Shown: piece by piece, positions 1 through 9,142 of the stretch
How positions within the stretch are numbered: the first letter of the stretch is position 1
How the letters are laid out: every line of letters begins with the position of its first letter
From: Planctomycetota bacterium
GTDB lineage: Bacteria > Planctomycetota > SZUA-567 > H5-PLA8
DNA length: 64,000 nucleotides
Direction: 5' to 3'
Assembly: GCA_038227875.1 (NCBI GenBank)
Contig: JBBRPR010000025.1
Coordinates: 32,001 to 96,000 of the forward strand
The notes under the pieces: model-generated
Seen by the model: only the letters and a program-made list of their open reading frames with translations
The model's database searches: none
Told to the model about the DNA's origin: nothing
Position numbers and translations under genes: made by a program

Positions 1-1
1 C

Positions 2-1282
2 CTTTGCATGCAGCATCGACCGCGTTTCGTCCAAAAGCATCTCGACATACGAGCCACGCAGGCGCCGCCACTTCGCGCGATCAAATGGCTGTGTACGGAT
101 ATCCACGCCGTGACGGCGCAGGAACTCCTCGACGACAGGCGCTCCGAAACCATAATTCTCCCAATCCAGGGACTCCGTGTGCGTGGTCATGCGGATGTCA
201 ACACCATCGCATCCGGCATCAACCGCACGCGAAGCCATGGCTGTCAACCATTGCCGCGCCTGGGGGTACGCCAGTTCGATCACGCCAGACAGATGCTTAT
301 TCCGACCTCGCGCCAGGCCGAGAAAACTCTGCGGCCCGAGCTCGATGCGGTGCCGCCCGCCGGACTCCGTCATCGTCCAGCCGCGTCCGGGAATGGGCGT
401 ATTAAACGCCGCGTCGAAAGCGATGCCGGCACTGCGCCAATCGGGAGCACGCTCTTGTGGCGTCCTGACCGGTCCCAATCCAAAGGTGAACGGCACACGC
501 TCGCCGGCGGAATCCTCGATCTCAACCAGAGCGGCTAGCGTATTGGCGATGGGTTTCGGCCCCGAGTAGGTAACCGCAATAAAAGGTGCGCCGATGTTGA
601 GGTCTGTGAATTCAAAACACGTGAATGCAGACTCTGCACCGAATGCCTTATCGGGTGCCGGAACGAAGACCGGCGGGCGGCGGTTATGCTCCTGACACGT
701 GATCGCCAAGTGCATCGCGACGCTTTGATAATCACGATTGTTCTCCGAAATGAACAACTGGAATTCGCCGCCCTTCAGGTCGGCGCTCTCATGCCATAAG
801 CGGATTTTTCGTATCGGTCGCCGTTCAGTCCTTTCCTGCAGAGTTGGATGTAATTCCGCGCGCATTTCAGGATGTTCGCGGATCCATCGGTGCGCCAATA
901 CCCCTTCCCCTCCGACAAGCGGAAGTCCCACCGGCGGTTCGTGCCTGTAACCCGCCGGTCGTGTGCACCACGGCATGCCGCAACACAGGTCAAAACACTT
1001 CAGCACGCTGTAGACCTGCATGCCATGCCGGTGCGCTTCATCCGCGACCACGCGGAGCGGATCGGGCACCCGACGAATGAAATCCCACGCGGTCCCCAGT
1101 CGGTCGATGTACCCGTTCTTATCGTGGATGCCGTCGTCTATACCACCTTGGTCCAGCCAGTGAATGCCACGAATACCGCGTTCGGCGTAAGCGCCAATCA
1201 GCCCACGCAATTTCTCTTCATCCCATGCCTGCGACGCGAACCAGAGGTCGTCGTTAAAATCAATACTTACATGGACATCCAT
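2..1282 (-). CDS. Putative glycoside hydrolase (GHL10/DUF187-like TIM barrel), 3' end beyond window start
   Basis: Absent from the ORF track because it runs off the window edge. I translated both ends by hand: ATG at 1282 after AAGGAG gives MDVHVSIDFNDDLW...DPLRVVADEAHRHGMQVYSV, and the same frame reads WRRLRGSYVEMLLDETRSMLHAK at the edge. DPL..v.eEAH..G resembles GHL10-type proteins. Confidence 0.65.
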   Translation of the reverse strand, partial: MDVHVSIDFNDDLWFASQAWDEEKLRGLIGAYAERGIRGIHWLDQGGIDDGIHDKNGYIDRLGTAWDFIRRVPDPLRVVADEAHRHGMQVYSVLKCFDLCCGMPWCTRPAGYRHEPPVGLPLVGGEGVLAHRWIREHPEMRAELHPTLQERTERRPIRKIRLWHESADLKGGEFQLFISENNRDYQSVAMHLAITCQEHNRRPPVFVPAPDKAFGAESAFTCFEFTDLNIGAPFIAVTYSGPKPIANTLAALVEIEDSAGERVPFTFGLGPVRTPQERAPDWRSAGIAFDAAFNTPIPGRGWTMTESGGRHRIELGPQSFLGLARGRNKHLSGVIELAYPQARQWLTAMASRAVDAGCDGVDIRMTTHTESLDWENYGFGAPVVEEFLRRHGVDIRTQPFDRAKWRRLRGSYVEMLLDETRSMLHAK

Positions 1283-1350
1283 CAGCCGCTCCTTCGCCGT
1301 TCGAAATGCAGGCGTCACCAGGCAGACTTTTTAGCACTAAAATCATTTCT

Positions 1351-1362
1351 CTGACATGTCAG
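1351..1362. promoter_or_regulatory. Palindrome CTGACATGTCAG, candidate GntR operator
   Basis: Perfect 12-bp palindrome just downstream of a minus-strand TTGACT-17-GATACT promoter-like element. A 10/12 copy (CTGAAATGTCAC) lies at 2168-2179, upstream of the regulator. Confidence 0.45.
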
Positions 1363-1416
1363 TAGTATCCAACCTGCGGAGCCCTAAGTCAAGCCGGAAG
1401 TTTACTTCACCTCCAC

Positions 1417-2109
1417 TTATCGCAGGCCAACTACGTTTGCCACAAATTGATCTTTGGAAAGCAGCAGGTGTTTGAGCATGGCCTCCGCCGCGGCGTCGGG
1501 ATTCCCACTGCGCAGCGCCTCGACCACCTGGACGTGGCTCGGAATGTTTTCCGGGGGTGGCAACCGGCGCGGCGGAAAGGTTTGACTCATCAAAAATAGA
1601 TTTTCCAGTATCCCGTTTGCCTTCAGCAACTCCAATATCTTGAGATTCCCGCTGGCATTGGCGATGGTGTGATGAAACTCACGCTCAAGCGCGACGAGAT
1701 CCTCGTCACGAGACGCTGAATTTCCGAGTTCCAGCTCCTGTGCCGTCATACGTTCCGCACGATGATCCACACGCTTGGCAACCTTGGTAAGTTTCTCCAG
1801 TTCCAGCGAACTCAATCGCTTGCAGGCAAGTCGGGCAGCCATGCTTTCAAGCGCGGCGCGCAGATCCATCAACTCGCACCACTCCTGCAAGGTTACGCGC
1901 CGCACGAACGTTCCCGACCGCGCAATTCGTTCGAGCAGACCCGCTCGGGCCAGTTGGTCGAATGCCACTCGAACCGGCGCTCGCCCCATCTTCAAGCGTT
2001 TGGCCATCGCCACCTCGCCCAAGCGTTGACCGGCCTTCAATTCCTGTCGGCGAATCAAATCTACGATTTCGCGCGCACACTGCTGGCTCAAGGATGTTTC
2101 GGTAGTCAT
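1417..2109 (-). CDS. GntR family (FadR/FCD) transcriptional regulator
   Basis: N-terminal wHTH (LKAGQRLGEVAMAKRLKMGRAPVR) and FCD domain (EFHHTIANASGN...H...MLKHL). Start uncertain (2109, 2118 or 2133). Confidence 0.9.
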   Translation of the reverse strand: MTTETSLSQQCAREIVDLIRRQELKAGQRLGEVAMAKRLKMGRAPVRVAFDQLARAGLLERIARSGTFVRRVTLQEWCELMDLRAALESMAARLACKRLSSLELEKLTKVAKRVDHRAERMTAQELELGNSASRDEDLVALEREFHHTIANASGNLKILELLKANGILENLFLMSQTFPPRRLPPPENIPSHVQVVEALRSGNPDAAAEAMLKHLLLSKDQFVANVVGLR

Positions 2110-2550
2110 GGTAAACATCTTACGCCATCTCACATGGTTTCCAATAGAATCACCCGTTCCAAAGTCACTGAAATGTCACGCTGTTTCGGCATCCCTCGCG
2201 CTCTGCCGGCTATTCAATGTCAAATTACGCAACACTGGACTTATTAACTATGGATCGTATAAATCGCATAGTAGGAATGCCGAGCTAATTTAAATAACTA
2301 TTGAAAGTTAGGTGTCGCGACGGTGGTGCAATCTGCAAAACGTCCCTCTTCCATGTTTCCTGTACTTCTATAAACACATTAGCGCGAATCGACGGTCGCC
2401 GTACGATAGCTTCGGTTCAACAATTCCGTCATCCTCCGTCGTCAGCTCCGCATACTTTCATTGCTCTTTGAATTGGCCTTTGGTCGTTGAGGACACCACA
2501 ATGAAAGGTCACTGGCTTGAGCGCGACTTGTTGACCTGGATGCGTAACGC

Positions 2551-3768
2551 ATGAAGTGGGATGCCTTAATTATCGGCGGAGGCCCGGCGGGATCGACCGC
2601 TGCGTGTCTGCTCGCGCGCAAAGGCTGGCGCGTGGCCCTGCTCGAAAGCAAAGCGTTTCCGCGCCAGAAAGTGTGCGGAGAGTACCTTTCGGCTGCAAAC
2701 CGGCTGTTGATCGAGTCGCTGGGAATTGCAGAGGACTATGACGCGCAAGCCGGGCCGGAAGTCCGGCAAGTCGGACTGTTTGCGGGCAGCCGTTCTGTGG
2801 TCGCCCCGCTGGCGGCTCCAAAAAATCAACGGCATCCGAAGTGGGGCCGGGCGCTGGGACGGGACATCCTGGATACGATGCTGCTCCGGCACGCGCAATC
2901 AGCCGGCGCTGAGATTTTTCAGCCCTGCGTTGCAGAACATCTGGAACTGATCAACGGCGGAGTGCTGTGCAGAACGAAAATGTTGAAGAACGGCGAGCAG
3001 ACCGAGTTTGAGGCGCGGGTGGCCATTGCCGCGCATGGCTCATGGGAGCCCGGTAATCTGCTGACCCAGCATTCGCCGCCGGTGCCGCGGCCTGGGCATC
3101 TCTTTGGTTTCAAAGCCCATTTAACCAATGCCGAGCTTCCGGATGGACTCATGCCGCTGCTCGCATTCCCTGCCGGTTATGGCGGACTGGTTCACAGTCA
3201 AAACGGACGGGTAAGCCTTTCCTGCTGCGTGCGACGGGACATGCTGGTGCGCCTGCCCCGAACTCCGTCCGGTATGGCCGGCGATGCCGTTCTCGCCCAT
3301 ATATGTGAGACCTGCCCTGCAGCGCGAGCGGTCCTGCAGCACGCTCAACTGGCGGACCGGTGGCTTTCGTCCGGGCCGATTCGTCCGGGCATCCGACCCA
3401 TGTATCGCGATGGAATCTTTCGCATCGGCAATGCGGCCGGAGAAGCGCATCCCGTCGTGGCGGAGGGAATCGGAATGGCGATGCAATCCGCCTGGCTCCT
3501 GGCGGAATCGCTGCCCGATCAACCTGCCTCATTTGATGAAGATGCGCGTCAGTGGGCCAGCCGGGAGTATACCCGGCGCTGGCATCAAACCTTTGTCTCG
3601 CGAATCCGCGCTGCGCGGCTTTTTGCGAATCTCGCGATGCGACCGTTGCTTTCAAACTTTGCTGCCGCCTCCATTCAATGCTTTCCTTCCGTGCTGACGC
3701 TGTGTGCGGCGTGGAGCGGAAAAGCGGCATTGCCGTTCTCGATCAGAGAAGTTGGGTATCAAGTCTGA
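2551..3768 (+). CDS. FAD-dependent oxidoreductase (geranylgeranyl reductase/FixC-like), type III PKS-associated
   Basis: GGGPAG dinucleotide-binding motif, FPRQKVCGE, RIGNAAGEAHPVVAEGIGMA. Confidence 0.85.
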   Translation: MKWDALIIGGGPAGSTAACLLARKGWRVALLESKAFPRQKVCGEYLSAANRLLIESLGIAEDYDAQAGPEVRQVGLFAGSRSVVAPLAAPKNQRHPKWGRALGRDILDTMLLRHAQSAGAEIFQPCVAEHLELINGGVLCRTKMLKNGEQTEFEARVAIAAHGSWEPGNLLTQHSPPVPRPGHLFGFKAHLTNAELPDGLMPLLAFPAGYGGLVHSQNGRVSLSCCVRRDMLVRLPRTPSGMAGDAVLAHICETCPAARAVLQHAQLADRWLSSGPIRPGIRPMYRDGIFRIGNAAGEAHPVVAEGIGMAMQSAWLLAESLPDQPASFDEDARQWASREYTRRWHQTFVSRIRAARLFANLAMRPLLSNFAAASIQCFPSVLTLCAAWSGKAALPFSIREVGYQV

Positions 3769-3871
3769 GCGTTGATTGCTGTTGTGCTGTGAAGAAACTC
3801 TGAAAAGTAATCCGTTTAGCCCGCGAGGCGTCGTAAAGTAATGGCTCGTTAATAGAGGGACGAAACCAATC

Positions 3872-4525
3872 ATGACGCGATACCTCCGTACGCTGCTGCC
3901 CATCCTGTTGGTGTCTTTTACCTGCGCGTCACTCATTGCAGAAGACAACGACGCGCCGAAAACTTCCCCACCGTCGATCAAGGCGGAATGGAAAGACGAT
4001 CTCAAAATCGTGTCCTATCGTGGCCGTGAATATATCGTGGGCGCGCGTAACGATAAGGCCCGGGAATTCCCGCTCGTCGGACGCCGCACGCTACACGCGA
4101 CGGTCTACTCCGCGGACACCTATCCGATGACGTTGCAGGCTCAGGAAACCTTCGTGATCTTCGACAAATCGCGCCAAGTGACGCTGGTTTACAACATCGT
4201 TACTTGCCTGAAAGGCAAGGATACCGAGAACAGCGAGAAGACCGATTGGGTGGGCGAGATTCAGCCGGCCGGCGAGCACTATCAGGGCGACATCATGCTC
4301 TTTCGTAAATACGACAAGAAAGGCCCAGCCATGAAAGCGCCGTATTATTCAATGGGCCGCGATTTTCCGATCGGCCTTAATGGCGAAGGCGGCGTCACCG
4401 TTCAATACAATTATCTCGGTGACGTGAATCTCGATCTTGCGGCGCGCGAAGTCAGCGATGAAATGGTGCAGCGCATCGTCGACGATCACGACAAGCATTA
4501 CAAAAAGCAGGAATCAAAAGACTGA
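3872..4525 (+). CDS. Hypothetical secreted protein
   Basis: Signal-peptide-like N-terminus, coding-like composition, followed by a hairpin. Confidence 0.7.
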   Translation: MTRYLRTLLPILLVSFTCASLIAEDNDAPKTSPPSIKAEWKDDLKIVSYRGREYIVGARNDKAREFPLVGRRTLHATVYSADTYPMTLQAQETFVIFDKSRQVTLVYNIVTCLKGKDTENSEKTDWVGEIQPAGEHYQGDIMLFRKYDKKGPAMKAPYYSMGRDFPIGLNGEGGVTVQYNYLGDVNLDLAAREVSDEMVQRIVDDHDKHYKKQESKD

Positions 4526-4530
4526 TCCAG

Positions 4531-4559
4531 AACCAGGGGAAGAATTCGTCCCCCTGGTT
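4531..4559. terminator. Hairpin between convergent genes
   Basis: AACCAGGGG...CCCCTGGTT inverted repeat. Confidence 0.55.
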
Positions 4560-4590
4560 AGAATCCAATACTACCTATTGCCCTACCGGC

Positions 4591-6771
4591 TCAACGCTTT
4601 TCCCAAACTCGGAAAATCTGCACGCAGGCTGGCGTGAGCAGCAGCGTCCCGGCCAGAGCTGTGAGCATGGTAACTGCAGTCAGCACGCCAAAATAGACCA
4701 GGGGTTGAAATTGCGCGAACGCCAGGATGCCGAACCCTGCGGCTGCCACGATGGACGTAAACGTGATTGGTCTGCCGATGCTGTTGAATGTCGACTCCAC
4801 GGCGACGAGCGACGCGATGCCCGAACGCTTCTCGTCGCGGTAGCGTGCGAAAAAGTAGATCGTGTTGTCGACGGCGATGCCGATCGCGACACTGGCGATC
4901 ATGACCGTCGCCGCGTCGAGATGAATTCCGCGCAGCGCCATCCAGCCGAACGTCAGCATGATCGGCACCAGGTTGGGCAGCACCGATGCGGCCGCGGCGC
5001 GTATCGAGCGGAAGAGCAGTGCCATCATCACCACGATAATCCCGAACGCCGACGCGAAGCTCTTGATCTGCGTCTCCACCAGCGCGCCCTGCGCGTCGTT
5101 GAGCAGCGAAACGATGCCGGTGATGCTCACGTTTGCGTCGGGCGGAAAGTCGGCGCGTTTCACGGCGTCGCGGATGGAATCCAGCAGCGGAAAATATTCC
5201 GACGAGCCCATTGCATTCACGAGAATGCAGACGCGAAATGAGACCTGGTCGTTCTCTTCGGAATAAAAGCGGTCGGACAGTCCGCTCAACGGCGACGTTC
5301 CGCTTTTGGTCCTTCCCGCGGACGCGGCGGATTTGGGCAGCGAGTCGATTTTTCCGAGATGATCGACGCGCACAACATGCGCCAGCGTGCTGGCCTTTTT
5401 GTCCAGTCGCTTGATCCCATCGAGCACTTCGTACGCGCGATCGGCGGGGCTCGTGACGTCCAGCTCGACGGTGTAAAACCCGGTGAGACGCGTGCCGATA
5501 AACGCATAGTCGCGCGCCACCGTGGATTCCTCCGGGAAGAATTTAAGCACGTTGGACTCGGCTTGGAGCCGTGGCAGCAGCGCCGCGCATCCGGCGAGAA
5601 TCACCAGCGCGATGCTCAAGGCCAGCCACGGATGCCGCGCGATTGACACACCGCTGCGCGCACTCCAGTGATGGGGCATCGCCTCCGTGGCGCCACTGAG
5701 GGGACTGCCTGGTTTTGCGTGCGGCCGCAGCAGCGTGAGCAAACCTGGTACGATCAGCACATTCGAGAAAAACGCGATCATCAAACCCGCGGCGGAAAAG
5801 GTGCCGAGTTCTACGACGGGATCAAGATCGGAACTCAGCAGCGCGAGGAAACCGATCGCCATCGTCACGCTCATGAACAGCAGCGGCAGAAACAATTCGC
5901 GCAGCGTTTCCCGCACGGCGCGGTCGGCATCGCCGTAACGCTGTAAATTCGTGTCGTAACGCGACGCCAGCCGGATTCCATTGGACAAGCCCAGCACAAA
6001 ATGAAGCGTTGGCATGACGACGGTGACGACGTTGAGCATGTGGCCGGTCATAATCATTAATCCGACCGTCCACGCGGCGCTGACTCCGACGGCGCACATC
6101 GGCGCGACGACACCTGCGACACTGCGAAGCATGATCAGCAGCGTGACGATGCAAACGGCAATCGCCACGGGCAGAAAAATGCGGGAATCGTGTTCGGATG
6201 CCCGGTCGAGAGCGACATTGAGGCGCGGGGTGCCGGCCAGATGAGTTTCAAAATCCGGCTGCGAAAAGCCTCCAAGCACATCCTCGATCTTTCCCACGAT
6301 ATTGCGCCGCGCGTCCGGACCACTGGCGTCGCGCAGGAAGACGAACATGCCGATGGTTTTTCCGTCAGGCCCGAGCACCATATTTTTAAGGAAGGGAGAC
6401 GATTGTGCGTCGTGTTCCCACCCGGGTTTGCCCGCCCAGAGCGCATCTGCCAAATCCGGCAGATCCCAGACCCTGTCGACGCCAGGAACGTCGCGCAATT
6501 TCTGAGCGAGTTTGCGCTGGCGATCCAGCGTATCCGGGGCAAACGGGTCGTTGACCGCGGCGCCCAGAATCACAAATTCGTCCGATCCGTATTTTTTCAA
6601 AAATGCCTTGTACCGCGCGTAGTCGGCACTGGCACGCGGCAACCACACCTCCAGCGAATTGTCGATGCGCAGGCGCGGCAGGTAGAGTGCGGGAATAACA
6701 ACGCTAAGCAGGGCGGAAATCAACGCGACGCGGCGGTGGCGCGTCAAGAAATCGAGCAGGCGATCGATCAC
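4591..6771 (-). CDS. MMPL/RND-family lipid exporter
   Basis: Two repeats of TM + periplasmic loop + 5 TM, with GIAVDNTIY motif; GTG start with GGAG RBS. Confidence 0.85.
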   Translation of the reverse strand: MIDRLLDFLTRHRRVALISALLSVVIPALYLPRLRIDNSLEVWLPRASADYARYKAFLKKYGSDEFVILGAAVNDPFAPDTLDRQRKLAQKLRDVPGVDRVWDLPDLADALWAGKPGWEHDAQSSPFLKNMVLGPDGKTIGMFVFLRDASGPDARRNIVGKIEDVLGGFSQPDFETHLAGTPRLNVALDRASEHDSRIFLPVAIAVCIVTLLIMLRSVAGVVAPMCAVGVSAAWTVGLMIMTGHMLNVVTVVMPTLHFVLGLSNGIRLASRYDTNLQRYGDADRAVRETLRELFLPLLFMSVTMAIGFLALLSSDLDPVVELGTFSAAGLMIAFFSNVLIVPGLLTLLRPHAKPGSPLSGATEAMPHHWSARSGVSIARHPWLALSIALVILAGCAALLPRLQAESNVLKFFPEESTVARDYAFIGTRLTGFYTVELDVTSPADRAYEVLDGIKRLDKKASTLAHVVRVDHLGKIDSLPKSAASAGRTKSGTSPLSGLSDRFYSEENDQVSFRVCILVNAMGSSEYFPLLDSIRDAVKRADFPPDANVSITGIVSLLNDAQGALVETQIKSFASAFGIIVVMMALLFRSIRAAAASVLPNLVPIMLTFGWMALRGIHLDAATVMIASVAIGIAVDNTIYFFARYRDEKRSGIASLVAVESTFNSIGRPITFTSIVAAAGFGILAFAQFQPLVYFGVLTAVTMLTALAGTLLLTPACVQIFRVWEKR

Positions 6772-6955
6772 GCCGGTAACTCCAGCGTGAGCGAGTGTGA
6801 CAGTTCATACGAAGTGCTTGAAAACTGCCATGCGGTCAACGTCATGGCGAGGATTTATAACCGCGCCGCAACGTGACGCAATCGCGCTCAAAACAAATGA
6901 TACTTCGAGGTTCAGTGTTGTAGGCAATGTCAATTTCCGCCCGTTGAGCTATGAT

Positions 6956-6972
6956 TTGGCGCAATATCTGCA
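6956..6972 (+). promoter_or_regulatory. Putative sigma54 (-24/-12) promoter of the methyltransferase-PKS operon
   Basis: TTGGCGCAATATCTGCA fits TGGC-N8-TGCA with GG-N10-GC spacing, 60 bp upstream of the ATG at 7032. Confidence 0.5.
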
Positions 6973-7031
6973 TGTTCCACCCAACTTCATGAAAGGATGC
7001 GACCCTGCAACGAGAACGTGAAGCTGAAATC

Positions 7032-7691
7032 ATGGATGACGAATCCCTCGATGAGCGCCTGCACGTCGAGGCGCTTCGCGGTTTGGGACGCATCAATCAG
7101 TTGAGTTTCACGGCTCGAACCTTGTGGGACCCAATCGCAGCATTTGCACGGAATGCCGGACGGCCAATACGTGTTCTAGATGTGGCAACCGGCGGCGGCG
7201 ATGTGCCGATCGCGTTGGCCGCAGCGGCCGAACGTCACGGCGCCGATATCACGTTCGCGGGCTGTGACAAAAGTGAGGTCGCGCTCCAGTGTGCGCAGAA
7301 GAAGTGCAAAGAACATTGCCAGCAAGTCACGTTTTTCAAATGGAATGCAATGACTGACTCATTTCCGGTCGATTATGACATTGCGATCAATACACTTTTT
7401 CTCCATCACCTCGATCCACAAGACACAATTAATCTGCTGGTCAAAATGAGTGCAGCCCGGATGGTGCTCGTCAGTGATCTCGTGCGCTGCAAAACCGGGT
7501 TGGCTCTGGCACACGTCGCCACGCGGTTGCTTTCCCGCTCACGCGTTGTTCATGTCGACGGCCCGCGCTCCGTCCGCGCTGCGTACACGTGTCAGGAAAT
7601 GCTAGAGATGGCCGAAGCAGCCGGGCTGCATCACGCTTCCATCCGGCCGTGTTGGCCGTTTCGAATGCTACTCTCCTGGTCGAAGCCTTGA
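7032..7691 (+). CDS. Class I SAM-dependent methyltransferase (type III PKS-associated)
   Basis: VLDVATGGGD motif I, LFLHHL, SDLVR, DGPRSVRAAY. Confidence 0.9.
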   Translation: MDDESLDERLHVEALRGLGRINQLSFTARTLWDPIAAFARNAGRPIRVLDVATGGGDVPIALAAAAERHGADITFAGCDKSEVALQCAQKKCKEHCQQVTFFKWNAMTDSFPVDYDIAINTLFLHHLDPQDTINLLVKMSAARMVLVSDLVRCKTGLALAHVATRLLSRSRVVHVDGPRSVRAAYTCQEMLEMAEAAGLHHASIRPCWPFRMLLSWSKP

Positions 7692-7746
7692 GCGGCGCGC
7701 TCACTGGTCCCTTCACTTCAACCGCACTCGCAGGAAGCCGGATTTC

Positions 7747-8835
7747 ATGAATGCAACAATTCTGGGTCTGGGCGCCGCGGTTCCTGCGCACACGATCACA
7801 CAACATCAGGCGTTGGAATTAGCGCGCGTCTATTGCGGCGAAGGACACAATCCGCGCGCCCTTGACGTGCTCTACCGCGGAACGCGGATCAAGACGCGCT
7901 ATTCCGTCGTGACTGAATCGGCCGGGGAGGGCCGCGTGCCCTTCTTTCCCCCTCCTATCACCGTAGAAGATCGCGGTCCGGGTACGGCGCAGCGCATGCA
8001 ACGATACGAGCAGGAAGTCGTGCCGATGGCGCTACGTGCCTGCCGCGAGGCGTTCGCCGATTCCCGCGTCGACGCGGGCGCGATCACGCATGTCATTGTG
8101 GTGACGTGCACGGGATTTTTCGCGCCAGGACTCGACATCGCTTTGATCCAGTCGCTGAATTTACGCCCGAATGTACAGCGGCTGCAGGTGGGTTTCATGG
8201 GCTGTCACGGTGCGTTGAATGGACTGCAGGCTGCGCGCGATATCCTGAACGCCAACTCAGACGCATGCGTGCTGCTGTGCGCGGCGGAGCTCTGCAGCCT
8301 GCACATGCAGTACGGAAACCAGGACGGCTCGGCGGTGGCTAATGCGCTTTTCGCCGATGGCGCCGCCGCGGCGATCCTGGGCCGCAGTTCGGACTGCGCG
8401 AGTAGGCTCGGCAGCATCGCGGCCGTTGGTTCGCTAGTGGTGCCGGAATCCCGCGACGCGATGTCGTGGCGCATCGGCGACCACGGATTTGAGATGACGC
8501 TTTCGTCGCGCATTCCCGATCTGATCGAACGGCATGTGCCGCAATGGATGGATAATTGGCTGGGAAGTGCAGGACTGAAGGTCGGGGAGATTGCCGCCTG
8601 GGCCGTTCATCCCGGCGGTCCGCGAATTCTGGATGCCGTCGAAAAGTCGCTCAATCTTCCGTGCCCAATGTTGAAAGTCTCGCGCGAGATTCTGGGCGAC
8701 CACGGCAACATGTCGTCGCCGACGGTGCTTTTTATTCTCGATCGATTGCGGCAGACTGCCGGAAAAATGCCGCTACCGTGCGTGATGCTGGGCTTTGGCC
8801 CCGGATTGACGATTGAAGCTGTGCTTTTACGATAA
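7747..8835 (+). CDS. Type III polyketide synthase (chalcone synthase-like; probable alkylresorcinol/pyrone synthase)
   Basis: Catalytic triad Cys (GFMGC), His (HPGG) and Asn (HGNMSS); also LFADGAAA and GFGPG. Confidence 0.95.
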   Translation: MNATILGLGAAVPAHTITQHQALELARVYCGEGHNPRALDVLYRGTRIKTRYSVVTESAGEGRVPFFPPPITVEDRGPGTAQRMQRYEQEVVPMALRACREAFADSRVDAGAITHVIVVTCTGFFAPGLDIALIQSLNLRPNVQRLQVGFMGCHGALNGLQAARDILNANSDACVLLCAAELCSLHMQYGNQDGSAVANALFADGAAAAILGRSSDCASRLGSIAAVGSLVVPESRDAMSWRIGDHGFEMTLSSRIPDLIERHVPQWMDNWLGSAGLKVGEIAAWAVHPGGPRILDAVEKSLNLPCPMLKVSREILGDHGNMSSPTVLFILDRLRQTAGKMPLPCVMLGFGPGLTIEAVLLR

Positions 8836-9142
8836 CTAGCGACACGGCATCCGCAGGGCAACCGCAACGGGAACCGGCGGTTAGTCCGGTTACGTCGGGT
8901 GAGAGTAATTTCCAAAATGCCGGCGCTTAGACTGCCATAGAGTAATCCGCCCAACCGGATTGTCGATCTCCCCCCGAAAACACCCCGTACGGATCCCTCT
9001 TAAATTCGCCAGAGCAGCGTGTTAACAGCGTGCATCTCGGTTACGAGACTGCTGGGTATTGTCGGCACTAAAATCCGAGGTGTGGTGTACCTATTATGTT
9101 CGTGTGGTACTCCAAAACTCTGGACGGCTCGAGGAATGTAAT

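Noticed and set aside
4..1354. Several plus-strand ORFs (4-405, 8-538, 872-1354 and others)
   Set aside because: Shadows of the real minus-strand gene starting at 1282; no recognisable motifs
2551..3768. Flavin-dependent halogenase call
   Set aside because: The WxWxIP motif is absent (the region reads AGYGGLV)
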